This document shows positions 1 to 13,220 of a DNA stretch of 44,203 nt, in pieces. Under the pieces are notes generated by a model, which saw only the letters and a program-made list of their open reading frames with translations, had not been told where the DNA came from and ran no database searches. A program made the position numbers and the translations under genes. Origin of the DNA: Dehalococcoidia bacterium (lineage in GTDB: Bacteria > Chloroflexota > Dehalococcoidia > DSTF01 > JACRBR01); NCBI GenBank assembly GCA_036278595.1, contig DASUKS010000265.1, positions 1 through 44,203 of the forward strand. The letters are read 5' to 3'. Each line of letters opens with the position of its first letter. Within the stretch, counting starts at the first letter, position 1.

Positions 1-3373
<3,373 letters not shown>

Positions 3374-3381
<8 letters not shown>

Positions 3382-4825
3382 GATTACCGGCTTCCTGAAG
3401 TGGCGGCAGCGCATCACCCCGAAGCGCCGCCCGATCAACGTCCGCATCCTCGACTGGCAAGAGGTCTACGAGCCATTCGATAAGGACGTGCTGCGGCAGC
3501 AGGCCGGCCGCTGCATGGACTGCGGCATCCCCTTTTGCAACAACGGCTGCCCGCTCGGGAACATCATCCCCGACTGGAACGACCTCGTGTATCGCGACCA
3601 CTGGCGCGAGGCGATGGACCGCCTGCACGCGACGAACAACTTCCCGGACTTCACTGGCCGCCTCTGCCCCGCGCCGTGCGAGGCGGCGTGCGTGCTCGGC
3701 ATCAACCAGGACCCGGTCACCATCAAGCAGGTCGAGCTCGAGATCGTCGAGCGCGCCTGGGCCGAGGGCTGGATTCGCCCGATCAAGCCGACCGTGAAGA
3801 CCGGCAAGCGCGTCGCCGTCGTCGGCTCCGGCCCGGCCGGGCTTGCCGCCGCGCAGCAGCTCACGCGCGCCGGCCATGACGTCGTCGTGTACGAGCGCGA
3901 CGACCGCATCGGCGGCCTGCTCCGATACGGCATCCCCGAGTTCAAGATGGAGAAGCGCTTCCTCGACCGGCGCATTGACCAGATGCGCGCGGAAGGCACC
4001 GAGTTCCGCGCGAACGCGCACGTCGGGGTGAACGTCGCCGTCGCTGAACTGCGGCAGTACGACGCCATCGTGCTCGCCGGCGGCGCCACCGCCGCGCGCG
4101 ACCTTCCGATTCCCGGCCGCGAGCTCCGGGGCATCCACCAGGCGATGGAGTACCTGCCGATCGGCAACCACGTGCAGCAGCGCGACATCGCCGAGCCGAC
4201 GATCACCGCCGCCGGCAAGCGGGTCGTGATCATCGGTGGCGGCGACACCGGCGCGGACTGTCTCGGCACGGCGCACCGGCAGGGCGCGCGCTCCGTGCAC
4301 CAATTCGAGATCCTGGCGCGGCCGCCAGAGCTTCGTCCCGATGCCAACCCATGGCCGACGTGGCCAAACATCTTCCGCGTCTCCTCGGCGCACGAAGAGG
4401 GCGGCGAGCGCGTCTACAGCGTGAACACGGAGCAGTTCGTCGGCGACGCCGAAGGCAACCTGCGCGGCCTCGTCGGCCACCAGGTCGAGCTGAAAGACGG
4501 CAAGTTCGAGAAGATCGCCGGCACCGACTTCGAGCTTCCGTGCGAGCTCGTGCTGCTGGCGATGGGCTTCGTCGGCCCGGAGCGCGGCGGCATGCTCGAA
4601 GAGCTCGGCGTCGAGCTGGACGCGCGCGGCAACGTCGCCCGCAACACGGACTTCATGACGAGCGAGTCCGGCGTCTTCGTCTGCGGCGACATGGGCCGCG
4701 GCCAGAGCCTGATCGTCTGGGCGATCGCCGAAGGCCGCGCCGCCGCCGCTGGTGTCGACCGCTACCTCGCCGGCGAGACGCAGCTCCCCAGCCCCATCAT
4801 CCCCACCGCACGCCCGCTGGTCTAA
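3374..4825 (+). CDS. gltD: Glutamate synthase small subunit (NAD(P)H-dependent)
   Basis: N-terminal Fe-S cysteines ([33 protein letters not shown]). Two dinucleotide folds ([34 protein letters not shown]). C-terminal [17 protein letters not shown]. Overlaps the gltB stop (ATGGGTGA). Confidence 0.93.
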
Positions 4826-5021
4826 AGCGCACAGGCCGGACGCCGGCACAGCCGCTCTGCGAACGCAATAGCTCCCGTCCGGCGCCCTCGTGCTCATACG
4901 TCGCCAGATCCTGGATGAGGCTTGCCAGCAAACCGCAACGAGCGGGCACGTTGGCGCAACGCGCGTGCCGCGCCGGACGATCAATCCTCAAACATTGGTG
5001 CGTTCAACAGCGAGGGGTTTC

Positions 5022-5540
5022 ATGAAGAGCAAGTTCGCGATCGCCGGACATCCCATCCACCCGATGCTCGTCGCCATCCCGATCGGGCTGTTCGTCTGGG
5101 CATTCGTCTGCGATCTCGTCTACCTCACCGGCGGCCGCGACCTCATGTGGTACGACCTGGCGTTCTGGACCGGTATCGCCGCCTGGTCGACGGGCCTCAT
5201 CGCCGCCCTTCCGGGGTTCGGGGATTACCTCACGGTCGCCATCAAGACAGACGCGCGAGAGATCGGCGCGGCGCACATGGTGCTGAACGTCACCACCGTC
5301 GCCTTCTTCTTCGTCGCCATGCTGCTGATGCTCGACCGCGGCGCGACGAGCGGCGGCATGCTGGCCGCGGTGATCGTCCTGCACGGCGCCGGCCTCGGAC
5401 TGGTCTCGATCTCCGGCTGGCTCGGCGGCGAGATGGTGTACCGCCACCACATCGCGGTCGTGCCGGACTCCGGCGAGCTGGAGACGCAGGAGGTGAGCCG
5501 CCACGGCGAGCACGGCGCGCTTAGGCCGCGCCCGCGCTAG
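5022..5540 (+). CDS. DUF2231-type integral membrane protein
   Basis: Internal ATG of ORF 4890..5540, preceded by GAGGGG. From this ATG the product (MKSKFAIAGHPIHPMLVAIPIGLFVW...) is a 4-5 TM protein with the HPxHPxLV opening I recall for DUF2231. The upstream 44 codons are R/T-rich and not protein-like. Confidence 0.7.
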   Translation: MKSKFAIAGHPIHPMLVAIPIGLFVWAFVCDLVYLTGGRDLMWYDLAFWTGIAAWSTGLIAALPGFGDYLTVAIKTDAREIGAAHMVLNVTTVAFFFVAMLLMLDRGATSGGMLAAVIVLHGAGLGLVSISGWLGGEMVYRHHIAVVPDSGELETQEVSRHGEHGALRPRPR

Positions 5541-5568
5541 GCGCCGCATCGTCTGCTTGCGCTTCGTC

Positions 5569-5597
5569 GGCTCCCGCGTGCGCGCGTCGCGGGAGCC
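5569..5597. terminator. GC-rich hairpin between convergent genes (possible bidirectional terminator)
   Basis: GGCTCCCGCG-(9 nt)-CGCGGGAGCC, a perfect 10-bp stem. It lies between the DUF2231 stop (5540) and the PLD stop (5672). There is no clear U-tract, so confidence is low. Confidence 0.35.
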
Positions 5598-5671
5598 GAT
5601 CTGCGTGTAGAACCAGAACACGTGCCAGCGCCGCAGCGCGGAGCGGCGATCCGTCGGGCCTTCGCCGGCTG

Positions 5672-7192
5672 CTAGTGCTCGAAGGTCAGCTCTTCGATCT
5701 CCTCGAGCAGCCAGTCGCCCGGCATCTTGCCGGGTTCGTAGCGCAGCACGGGTGAGCGCAGCGGACGATCGCCGCGCTCGACGATGTCCTTGTTTGTCAG
5801 CGCCAGCCGCCGCCATGCGACATCTACCAGTTCAATCGGATCGGCTCCCGCGACGTCCTCCTCCGAGAGCCCGAGGTGCTCCGACCACAGCTTGACCCTC
5901 AGCTGCGTCGCCAGTGCCTGGTCGTGCGCGAGGACGTTGAGCTCGCTGTCCGTCACCATCCCCCGGTTGTTCAGGTTCGCCGATCCGAGAAGCAGCCACT
6001 CGTCGTCGAAGACTGCGAGCTTCGCGTGCACATACGTCGGCCGGTACCGGAACGGATGCATGCCCGCCGTCGTACCCGACGTATACAGCGTATACGCCTC
6101 AATCGCGCGCCGGCCGGCGTCCGCTTCCCGCAGCAGCTTCACATGCTGGTCGTTGTCCCACTTCCCGCTTGTCGCGCGCGCCGGCAGCACGACCACGATG
6201 CGCGGAAACATCGGCGGCGGGCTGTTCAGCGCATCGAAGAGCGCGTCCATGATCTCGGGCGACCAGAGATACTGGCTCTCGAGGTAAATGAGGCGCTGTG
6301 CGCGTCGGATCGACTCGATGTACGCGTGATGAATACCGAACTCGCCCTTCGGCGCGAAGTCGTACGTCTTCTTCGGGATCGTCCGGACGATCTGCACCGG
6401 CGTGTCCCACCCGGCGCGCACCTCCGGATCGGCGTGCGGGAGGTCGTCCTTGCCCGTCACCGCCTGCCACCGCTGCCGGAAGTTCGCCTCGACGTCCGCG
6501 ACCGCCTGGCCCTCGATGGCCACCGCCGCATCGTGCCAGTTGACCCCGGCGCGCAGCGGGTGCGCGTTTCGGTCCCAGCGGTCGCCCGAGAACGTTGTCA
6601 GGTCGATACCGCCGACGTACGCCTTCTGCCCGTCCACCACCACCGACTTCTGATGATGGCAGTGCGTCATGTGTGCGGTGTGATCGGCGACGGCGACGAG
6701 GTCGCCGTGCACCTCCTTCTGCATCGAGTCGATGAGCTCGTCGACGTCACCGCGCGTCGGCCTGATGATGGCCATCGCGCCTCCCCACAGCAGGATGCGC
6801 ACAGGCACGCGTTGCGCGGCTGCGCGAAGCACTTCGATCAGCCTCGTGCTCGTCAGGTCGTTCATGGAGGACCGGAGGATCGGCACGTGCGCCGTCAGGC
6901 ACCACCCGGCGATGTACACGTAACGCGTTGCGTTCGCGATCGTGGCGTGGAGATCGGTGAAGTACTCCTCCCCGTCGATGAGCGGCGTAAGGTGGTTGTG
7001 CTCGCGCGGCGGGGTGCCGCCCGCGAACCAGCGCGGCTCATCGCCCCACCAGGCATGCCGCAGCTCGCGCTCGCGGCCGGCCTCCAGCGCGGCCGCCTCG
7101 AGCGTGCGGCGATGCGAACGATGGGGGATCCGCGCCGAGCGCAGCCCCACGATCTCTTCCGACCGGACGAGCAGACTACCGAGCAGGCTCAT
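5672..7192 (-). CDS. Phospholipase D superfamily protein with two HKD motifs (eukaryote-like PLD type)
   Basis: HKD 1 is HCHHQKSVVVDGQKAYVGGIDLTTFSGDRWD. HKD 2 is YVHAKLAVFDDEWLLLGSANLNNRG. No signal peptide or TM segment is visible. Confidence 0.85.
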   Translation of the reverse strand: MSLLGSLLVRSEEIVGLRSARIPHRSHRRTLEAAALEAGRERELRHAWWGDEPRWFAGGTPPREHNHLTPLIDGEEYFTDLHATIANATRYVYIAGWCLTAHVPILRSSMNDLTSTRLIEVLRAAAQRVPVRILLWGGAMAIIRPTRGDVDELIDSMQKEVHGDLVAVADHTAHMTHCHHQKSVVVDGQKAYVGGIDLTTFSGDRWDRNAHPLRAGVNWHDAAVAIEGQAVADVEANFRQRWQAVTGKDDLPHADPEVRAGWDTPVQIVRTIPKKTYDFAPKGEFGIHHAYIESIRRAQRLIYLESQYLWSPEIMDALFDALNSPPPMFPRIVVVLPARATSGKWDNDQHVKLLREADAGRRAIEAYTLYTSGTTAGMHPFRYRPTYVHAKLAVFDDEWLLLGSANLNNRGMVTDSELNVLAHDQALATQLRVKLWSEHLGLSEEDVAGADPIELVDVAWRRLALTNKDIVERGDRPLRSPVLRYEPGKMPGDWLLEEIEELTFEH

Positions 7193-7606
7193 CGGTGCTC
7201 GAACGCAGGCCGCGCCTACGCGAGCAACTCCCCGTTACTGTTCTTATCATCGACCTTCATGCGGCACTACGCCTGGTTGCGCCGAGCCCCGGAGGTGGGC
7301 TGCGCGTGTTGTCGGCTCGCGTCGCGTACCTCCCACGGTGTCCGTACCATACTCGCCGTCACGGCGGCCGTTTCTCGCTCAACCGGCAGCCGCTGCGCCA
7401 CCCGGCCGAATTGTCACCTCGCCGTCGCGTGCGACGCCCGGCGCGATCCGCAGCCGCAAACGACGGCGACAACGGCACGCGCACTCCCCGTGGCGCGCCC
7501 GCCTATACTGCCTGCGATCCCACCGTCGCGCGCGAGCGTACCGCCGCGCTTTCGTCGAGCGCGCGAGCCGGGGTCTGGTGACGCACTGGACGGGGAGGAG
7601 ACGACG

Positions 7607-8803
7607 ATGGATGGACCGCTGGCGGGCATCCGTGTGCTCGAAGTTGCGAACTGGCTTGCGGCGCCCGCGGGATGCGCGCTGCTCGCAGACTTCGGCGCTG
7701 ACGTCATCAAGGTCGAGCCACCGAACGGCGACCCGTACCGCGGCTACCGCGCGGGCCCGGATGGCAGGCGAACCGCCAACGTCGCGTTCGCCGCGGACAA
7801 TCGCGGCAAGCGTGCGATCACGTTGAGCCTGGACCAGCCCGGCGCGCGCGACGTGCTGTACCGCCTCGTCACCGACGCCGATGTCTTCGTTACCAACCTG
7901 CTGCCGCGCCGCCGCGAGCGCTACGGCCTCACGTACGACGCCCTGACCCAGCACCGCCCCGATCTCATTTTCGTGAGCGTCACGGGCTACGGCTCCGACG
8001 GCCCCGACCGCGATCGCGCGGGCTACGACTACGCGGCCTTCTGGGCCCGCACGGGGATCATGGGCCTGTTCGGCGAACCCGGCACGCCGCCGCCGCCCCA
8101 GCGCCCGGGCATGGGCGATCACACGACCGCCATGCTCATTGCCGGCTCCGTGGCCATGGCGCTGCTCGACCGCCACCGCACCGGGAACGGACAGACGCTC
8201 GATATCTCGCTGCACAACACGGGCCTCTGGGTACTCGCGAGCGACGTCAACGCCGCCCTCCGCGGCAACGAGCCGGCGCGGGTTGCGCGGTCGACCGTGC
8301 CGAATCCGCTCTGGAACAACTACCGCACGAAGGACGGCCGCTGGATCATGCTCGTCATGCTGGTGTCGGACATGTACTGGCCGCAGTTCTGTCGCGCCAT
8401 CGAACGCGAGGAACTCGAGCACGACCCGCGCTTCGCCCGCTTCGACAACCGGAGCGAGAACCGCGAAGAGCTCATCGCGATGCTCGACGAGCTGTTCGCG
8501 GAGCGCACGCTCGAAGAATGGGCGCCAGCGCTGGACGCCCACTCGCTCATCTGGGCGCCGGCAAAGACGCTCGAAGAAGTCATCGCCGACCCCCAGACGC
8601 GCGCTCGCGGCGCCTTCACGACCATCGAGCACCCGGACGCCGGCGACATCGAGATCGTCGACACACCGGTGAAGTTCGGCCGCTCGACGGTCGGCGCGCG
8701 CGGCGCGGCTCCGGAGTTAGGCCAGCACACCGAGCAGGTGTTGATCGACTCCGGCTATGGCTGGGACGAGATCACCGCGTTGCGCGACGCCGGCACCATC
8801 TGA
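7607..8803 (+). CDS. Family III CoA-transferase (CaiB/BaiF/Frc family)
   Basis: ATG at 7607 is preceded by GGGGAGGAG. The N-terminus MDGPLAGIRVLEVANWLAAPAGCALLADFGADVIKVEPPNGDPYR is the family's typical Rossmann opening, and the GYDYAAFWARTG region is also present. The rest of the 975-aa ORF 5876..8803 is antisense to the PLD gene. Confidence 0.88.
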   Translation: MDGPLAGIRVLEVANWLAAPAGCALLADFGADVIKVEPPNGDPYRGYRAGPDGRRTANVAFAADNRGKRAITLSLDQPGARDVLYRLVTDADVFVTNLLPRRRERYGLTYDALTQHRPDLIFVSVTGYGSDGPDRDRAGYDYAAFWARTGIMGLFGEPGTPPPPQRPGMGDHTTAMLIAGSVAMALLDRHRTGNGQTLDISLHNTGLWVLASDVNAALRGNEPARVARSTVPNPLWNNYRTKDGRWIMLVMLVSDMYWPQFCRAIEREELEHDPRFARFDNRSENREELIAMLDELFAERTLEEWAPALDAHSLIWAPAKTLEEVIADPQTRARGAFTTIEHPDAGDIEIVDTPVKFGRSTVGARGAAPELGQHTEQVLIDSGYGWDEITALRDAGTI

Positions 8804-8831
8804 TATCGGTCGGCGTGCATCCCAGTTGCGC

Positions 8832-9242
8832 TCAGTCCTGTCGCTCGTCGCGGTGCTCGCGAGTGGGTCCCAATAGCTCATCGTTTGTGTCGACATCGTG
8901 CTCTTCCCTGAACTGGCGGAGCTGCATCTGCAGGAACGGCGCGCGCGCGACCGCTGTTACGAACAGCGCGATGATCCCGACCCCGATGAGCACGTACGCG
9001 ATGGTGAACGCGCGCGCGAGCTCAGTCGTGGGGGCGAAGTCGCCGTACCCCACGGTGGTGAGCGTGATCACGGAGAAGTAGAGCGAGTCGAGCCACCCCC
9101 ACCCTTCTGCGACATGGTAGAACACGGTGCCGGTGACGAGCGCCAGGACAGCGAGCACGAACAGCCCGCGGAACAGCGGCTCCTCGATAAACACGCGCAG
9201 CACCGCTGCGTAGTACCGCCAGACGAGATGCCGCGGCTTCAT
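8832..9242 (-). CDS. Minimal two-TM potassium channel (Ion_trans_2 type)
   Basis: The TVGYGD selectivity filter lies between two hydrophobic helices (FVLAVLALVTGTVFY / AFTIAYVLIGVGIIALFV). Start taken at ATG 9242. An alternative ATG at 9326 would overlap the kinase stop by 20 nt. The upstream part of ORF 8832..9593 is R/S/A-rich junk. Confidence 0.8.
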   Translation of the reverse strand: MKPRHLVWRYYAAVLRVFIEEPLFRGLFVLAVLALVTGTVFYHVAEGWGWLDSLYFSVITLTTVGYGDFAPTTELARAFTIAYVLIGVGIIALFVTAVARAPFLQMQLRQFREEHDVDTNDELLGPTREHRDERQD

Positions 9243-9306
9243 CGACCGAGCGGCGGGCGGCGGGCGCGAGTCAGCGCTCAGCTCGCGGTCGCCGCGCCTG
9301 TCAGGC

Positions 9307-10818
9307 TTATGTCTCGTCCTGCTCATCGACCCCGACTGCCAGCGTGAAGGTGAATTCGGTGCCGCCGCCGGCGCGGCTCGAGGCCCACATCCGGCCGCCC
9401 ATCGCCGTGACCAGCGACCTGCAGACGGCAAGGCCCACGCCCATCCCGGTCGCCATGTCGCTCGTGTCTGGCGATCGATAGAACGCCGCGAACACCGCCT
9501 CCAGCTGCTCCGGCGGGACGCCCGCGCCCCGGTCCCGGACCGCGATCTCGAACTCGCCCGCGTGGCGCCGCACAGCCACGTCGATCGGTTCATCGGGCGG
9601 GCTGTATTTCAGCGCGTTGGTGAGCAGGTTCTCCAGCACTTGCTCAACGACTTCCGGCACGCCGAGCGCAAACGCATGCCCCGGGCAACGCAGGTCGATG
9701 CGATGTCCTGATGCACGATGCGCCATCGCCACCCGCTGGAGCGTGCGACAGAGGGGAAACGGTTCCAGCTCGAGGCTTCTGTCGTCCACGCGTGCCAGCG
9801 TCAGGAGGTTTTCTACGTTGGAGAGCAGGCGCCCGCTCGCGTCCCGCACGTCGTGCAGCGCGTCGCGCAGCATCTCGTCCTCTCTCGCGAACCGCCGCTC
9901 CAGCACTTCGGCGTTACCGGAGATGATGGTCAGCGGCGTCTTCAGCTCGTGAGAGATCATGCCCAGGAACTCGTCCTTCGCGCGGCTCGCCTCGTGTAGG
10001 CGCGCCTCCCGGTCGTGCGCCTCTGTTTCATCGACGTACACCGCAACCGCACCGCACGGCTGCCCCTGATCGAGGAGCGGCGCCGCGCGGGTGCGGATGT
10101 ACACGGTCGCGCCATCTGGCCGGGTCAGCTCGATGCGTTGCTCGCGCGCTGCCTCCCCGGTCATCATCGCGCGGTTCAGCGGAAGCTCCTCGCCGGATAT
10201 GCGTTCCCCTCCATGCCCAAAGCGGATGCCGGCCGGCTGCGTGAAGTCGAACTTCCGGCTGTGGAACCCGAGCATCTCGCTCATCGCGGGGTTGATCTGT
10301 GCCGGCGACCGGTGTCCGGTCGCGCGGGCGATCGCGACACCGACTGGCAGGAGGTCCAGGATCGCTCGCTGCTGCTCCAGTGATCGCGCGAGCGCCCGGC
10401 CGGCAGCGCGGACGCGCTCCAGCAGGACGATGTAGGCCGACGCGATCACCGCGAACGCGATGAGCCTCGTCCAATCACCAGTGCTCGTCTCCCATGAGCC
10501 CGGCGTTGCGCTGCGAGTGTGAAGGCTCAGCGCAGAGCCGCCGGCGATGACCACCGCGCCCGCCGGCAGTCCCCCAAACCACGTCGCAAGCACGGCCGCC
10601 GCCAGATAGAAGGCCACGGTCTCGTGGTCGGTCGCGCGATACGTCGCTCCGCTGAGCACCGCCGCGGTCGCCAGCAGGGCGAGTGCGGCCAGCAGACCCT
10701 GGGACAGTCCGGCATGCGCGGAGATGAGCCAGGATTGATCCGGGCTGGATGCCGCGCGGGGCGTGGTGTCCGCACCACGCCCCGCGAGCCCGCGCGCGCG
10801 CTCCGGCCGCACCATCAC
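9307..10818 (-). CDS. Sensor histidine kinase: DUF4118-like membrane domain, PAS, HisKA, HATPase_c
   Basis: H-box FLGMISHELKTPLT, N-box LENLLTNALKYS, G-boxes DRGAGV / GMGVGLAVC. A PAS-like segment precedes the H-box. The N-terminal 3-4 TM block resembles the KdpD DUF4118 module. The GTG/ATG start directly abuts the upstream stop codon (TAG 10819-10821). Confidence 0.88.
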   Translation of the reverse strand: MMVRPERARGLAGRGADTTPRAASSPDQSWLISAHAGLSQGLLAALALLATAAVLSGATYRATDHETVAFYLAAAVLATWFGGLPAGAVVIAGGSALSLHTRSATPGSWETSTGDWTRLIAFAVIASAYIVLLERVRAAGRALARSLEQQRAILDLLPVGVAIARATGHRSPAQINPAMSEMLGFHSRKFDFTQPAGIRFGHGGERISGEELPLNRAMMTGEAAREQRIELTRPDGATVYIRTRAAPLLDQGQPCGAVAVYVDETEAHDREARLHEASRAKDEFLGMISHELKTPLTIISGNAEVLERRFAREDEMLRDALHDVRDASGRLLSNVENLLTLARVDDRSLELEPFPLCRTLQRVAMAHRASGHRIDLRCPGHAFALGVPEVVEQVLENLLTNALKYSPPDEPIDVAVRRHAGEFEIAVRDRGAGVPPEQLEAVFAAFYRSPDTSDMATGMGVGLAVCRSLVTAMGGRMWASSRAGGGTEFTFTLAVGVDEQDET

Positions 10819-13173
10819 CTAGAACAGGCTTCCCAGCTTCGCTGCGATCGCCACATCCCCACGCACCTTCACTTTCCCGGAGAGCGCGGCGGTCTGCGCC
10901 CGCTGCCGGCCCGCGAGCAGTTCCCGGAGCGTCGCCTCGTTGGTCTCGATGATGCAGTCGGCGTCCTCCGCGCTCTGACCAACCGCGAGGTGCCCGTCGT
11001 CCATCGCCACCCGCCACGATTGCCCCTCGCCGAGGTCGAAGCGCAGCGAGATGTGTCCGGTCCGCCCCGAGACGTGACCGATGCGCTGGTCGAGCCGCTC
11101 GAAGAGCTCGGCCATAGAGCCGGGGGCCTCGGCCGCCGCACCGCCGAGCGCCGCCATGATCGTGTCCGCGGCCGATGCGCCGATCGCCTCGCGCCCCCAG
11201 CGACCCGGGATGTTGGTCAACTCGAGATGCTGGATGTTATCCGGCAGCGTCGGCGCCGACGCCAGCCGCGAGCCCTGCGGCTCGAGCCCGAGGACCGCGC
11301 TCAGAAGCAGGAGGGGCGCGCCCGTTGCCCACGCTTGCGGGCTGCACGCCGTCGGGTACTCGACCGGGTAACGCGTCAACTCGCGTTCGTACCCGGCGAA
11401 TGCCTCCGGAAGCCGGTCATGGAAGTACGTCGCCGCTTCGAAGATGCCCTGCGCGAGGCGGGCCGCCTCCAGCTCAAAGCCATAGCGCCGTAGCCCCATT
11501 GCGATCATCGAGTTGTCATGCGGCCACACGGTGCCCACGTGGTAGCCGATCGGGTTGTAGCCGCCATCTCCGATGGCCATGGTGCGCACGCCCCAGCCCG
11601 AGAAGAGCCGCTCCCCCATCAACTGGTCGGCGACCTGTCGCGCCTTGTCGGAATCGACGATGCCGCTCCAGAGGAGATGGCCGATGTTCGACGTGAGCGC
11701 GTCCACCTTACGCTTCTGCCCATCGAGCGCCAGCGCGAAGTACCCGCGGTCTTCGAGCCAGAAGTCGTGGTTGAAGCGCAGCTTCAGCTCGCCGGCCTGG
11801 CGTTCGAGCTTTTCGGCGAACGCCGGGTCGCGCCAGATGTCCCGGGCGAGACGGGCCGCCCGCATCTTCGCGTCGTATGCGTATCCCTGCAGCTCGCAGG
11901 TCGCGCGCGGCAAGGGCGCCAGCTCGCCGTCCGCGAACAGGATCGAGTTCCACGAGTCCTTCCAGCACTGGTTCTCGAGCCCTGTCTCCTCGTTGCGGCG
12001 CGCGTACTCGATGTATCCGTCCCCGTCGCGATCGCCGAAGTCGTCGATCCACGCGAGGGCCGCGCGGGCATTCGGCTCGAGCTCGCGGACGACGTCCACC
12101 CTGCCGGTCCAACGCTCGTATTCATCCAGCAGGATCAGCCACAGCGTCGTCGAATCCGCCGAACCGAAGTACGGCGAGTGCGGCCGCTCCTCGAACGCCG
12201 TCATCTCGCCGAAGCGCATTTCGTGCAGGATCTTGCCCGGCTCCTCATCGCGGAAGTCATCCGGCTTCGTGCCCTGCAGCGCCGCGAGCGTCCGCAGCGT
12301 CATCTCCGCGAGACCGGGTACGAACGGCAGCGCCTGGTAACTCGTGATCAGGCTGTCGCGCCCGAACGCCGCCATGAACCACGGCAGCCCCGCGGCCGGC
12401 ATCTCCTGCCACTCGGAGCGCGGAAGGTGAAACCGCAACGCCGCGAGGTCGACCAGAGAGCGTTCGTAGATCCGTTCGATCGGCCGCCAGTCCGCCGTGA
12501 GGTGCGGCGCCTCAGCCATCCAGCGCTCGAGGTCTTCGCGCCGTGACTGCGCCTGCGACGTCGCATCGTCGAACGCCCCAAATCCGGGCATGATGGGCCG
12601 CACCTCGATCTCCGCGCTCCATTCGCCGTGCGGCTCGAGCGCCAGCTCGTAGGTCAGTCCGTTCGACGCGATCTCGGCATCAGGCCCGCCGATGATGTGC
12701 GTCTCCCGGACGTATTCGTCCCGCTTGTATCCCAGCACCAACCGGTCGAATTCGACATGGCTGTACTGCTCGCCCTTCTTCTCCAGCGCGTCCTTCACTT
12801 CGAACAGGTCGGCGAAGTCCGCTTCCGCCTGCAGATGGAGCTGCAGCGTCTTCGGCTCGGTCGTATGGTTCATCACCGAGATGCGCTCGCGCATCTCCCG
12901 GCCGATAGTCCGGCGGCGGATCACCGAGAGCGGCGCATCGATGTACGTGCTTCCTGTCGCCGGCGCGAGGAAGAACTGCGCTTCGTTGTACGCGAGGTCA
13001 TCAACCGAGAGTGTCGCCATCGGTTGCCCGTCCGCGGTGAGACTCCAGCGCGAGAGGAACCGCGTGTCGAACGCGAACAACCCATGCGGGTGCGCCGGCG
13101 TGCCGGCGATGTCTCCGCGCTCGTCACTGGTGACGAATGTGTTTCCTTCCAGGATATTGACGGTGCTATTCAT
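10819..13173 (-). CDS. Amylo-alpha-1,6-glucosidase / glycogen-debranching-type glycosidase (GDE_N_bis + GDE_C) with C-terminal SCP2 domain
   Basis: N-terminal GNTFVTSDERGDI. Catalytic-domain motifs LPWFMAAFGRDSLITS, ILHEMRFGEM, NQCWKDSWNS, VWPHDNSMIAMGLRRYG. The last ~110 aa (ISLRFDLGEGQSWRVAMDDG...EATLRELLAGRQRAQTAALSGKVKVRGDVAIAAKLGSLF) fit the SCP2 sterol-carrier fold pattern. SD GAGGAG lies 5 nt before the ATG. Confidence 0.85.
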   Translation of the reverse strand: MNSTVNILEGNTFVTSDERGDIAGTPAHPHGLFAFDTRFLSRWSLTADGQPMATLSVDDLAYNEAQFFLAPATGSTYIDAPLSVIRRRTIGREMRERISVMNHTTEPKTLQLHLQAEADFADLFEVKDALEKKGEQYSHVEFDRLVLGYKRDEYVRETHIIGGPDAEIASNGLTYELALEPHGEWSAEIEVRPIMPGFGAFDDATSQAQSRREDLERWMAEAPHLTADWRPIERIYERSLVDLAALRFHLPRSEWQEMPAAGLPWFMAAFGRDSLITSYQALPFVPGLAEMTLRTLAALQGTKPDDFRDEEPGKILHEMRFGEMTAFEERPHSPYFGSADSTTLWLILLDEYERWTGRVDVVRELEPNARAALAWIDDFGDRDGDGYIEYARRNEETGLENQCWKDSWNSILFADGELAPLPRATCELQGYAYDAKMRAARLARDIWRDPAFAEKLERQAGELKLRFNHDFWLEDRGYFALALDGQKRKVDALTSNIGHLLWSGIVDSDKARQVADQLMGERLFSGWGVRTMAIGDGGYNPIGYHVGTVWPHDNSMIAMGLRRYGFELEAARLAQGIFEAATYFHDRLPEAFAGYERELTRYPVEYPTACSPQAWATGAPLLLLSAVLGLEPQGSRLASAPTLPDNIQHLELTNIPGRWGREAIGASAADTIMAALGGAAAEAPGSMAELFERLDQRIGHVSGRTGHISLRFDLGEGQSWRVAMDDGHLAVGQSAEDADCIIETNEATLRELLAGRQRAQTAALSGKVKVRGDVAIAAKLGSLF

Positions 13174-13220
13174 GCCTGTCTCCTCTTCGTGTGTTCGTTC
13201 TGCCGGTCCTTACGCGAGAG

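Noticed and set aside
4890-5021. Upstream 44 codons of the DUF2231 ORF as part of the gene
   Set aside because: This segment is R/T/Q-rich and lacks an SD. The internal ATG 5022 has GAGGGG upstream, and the family's conserved N-terminus begins there.
5876-8803. 975-aa plus-strand ORF, the longest apparent gene in this part of the window
   Set aside because: Its first ~1.7 kb is antisense to the PLD gene or intergenic, and translates to R/P/H/V-rich low-complexity sequence. Only the part from ATG 7607 onward (the CoA-transferase) is protein-like and has an SD.
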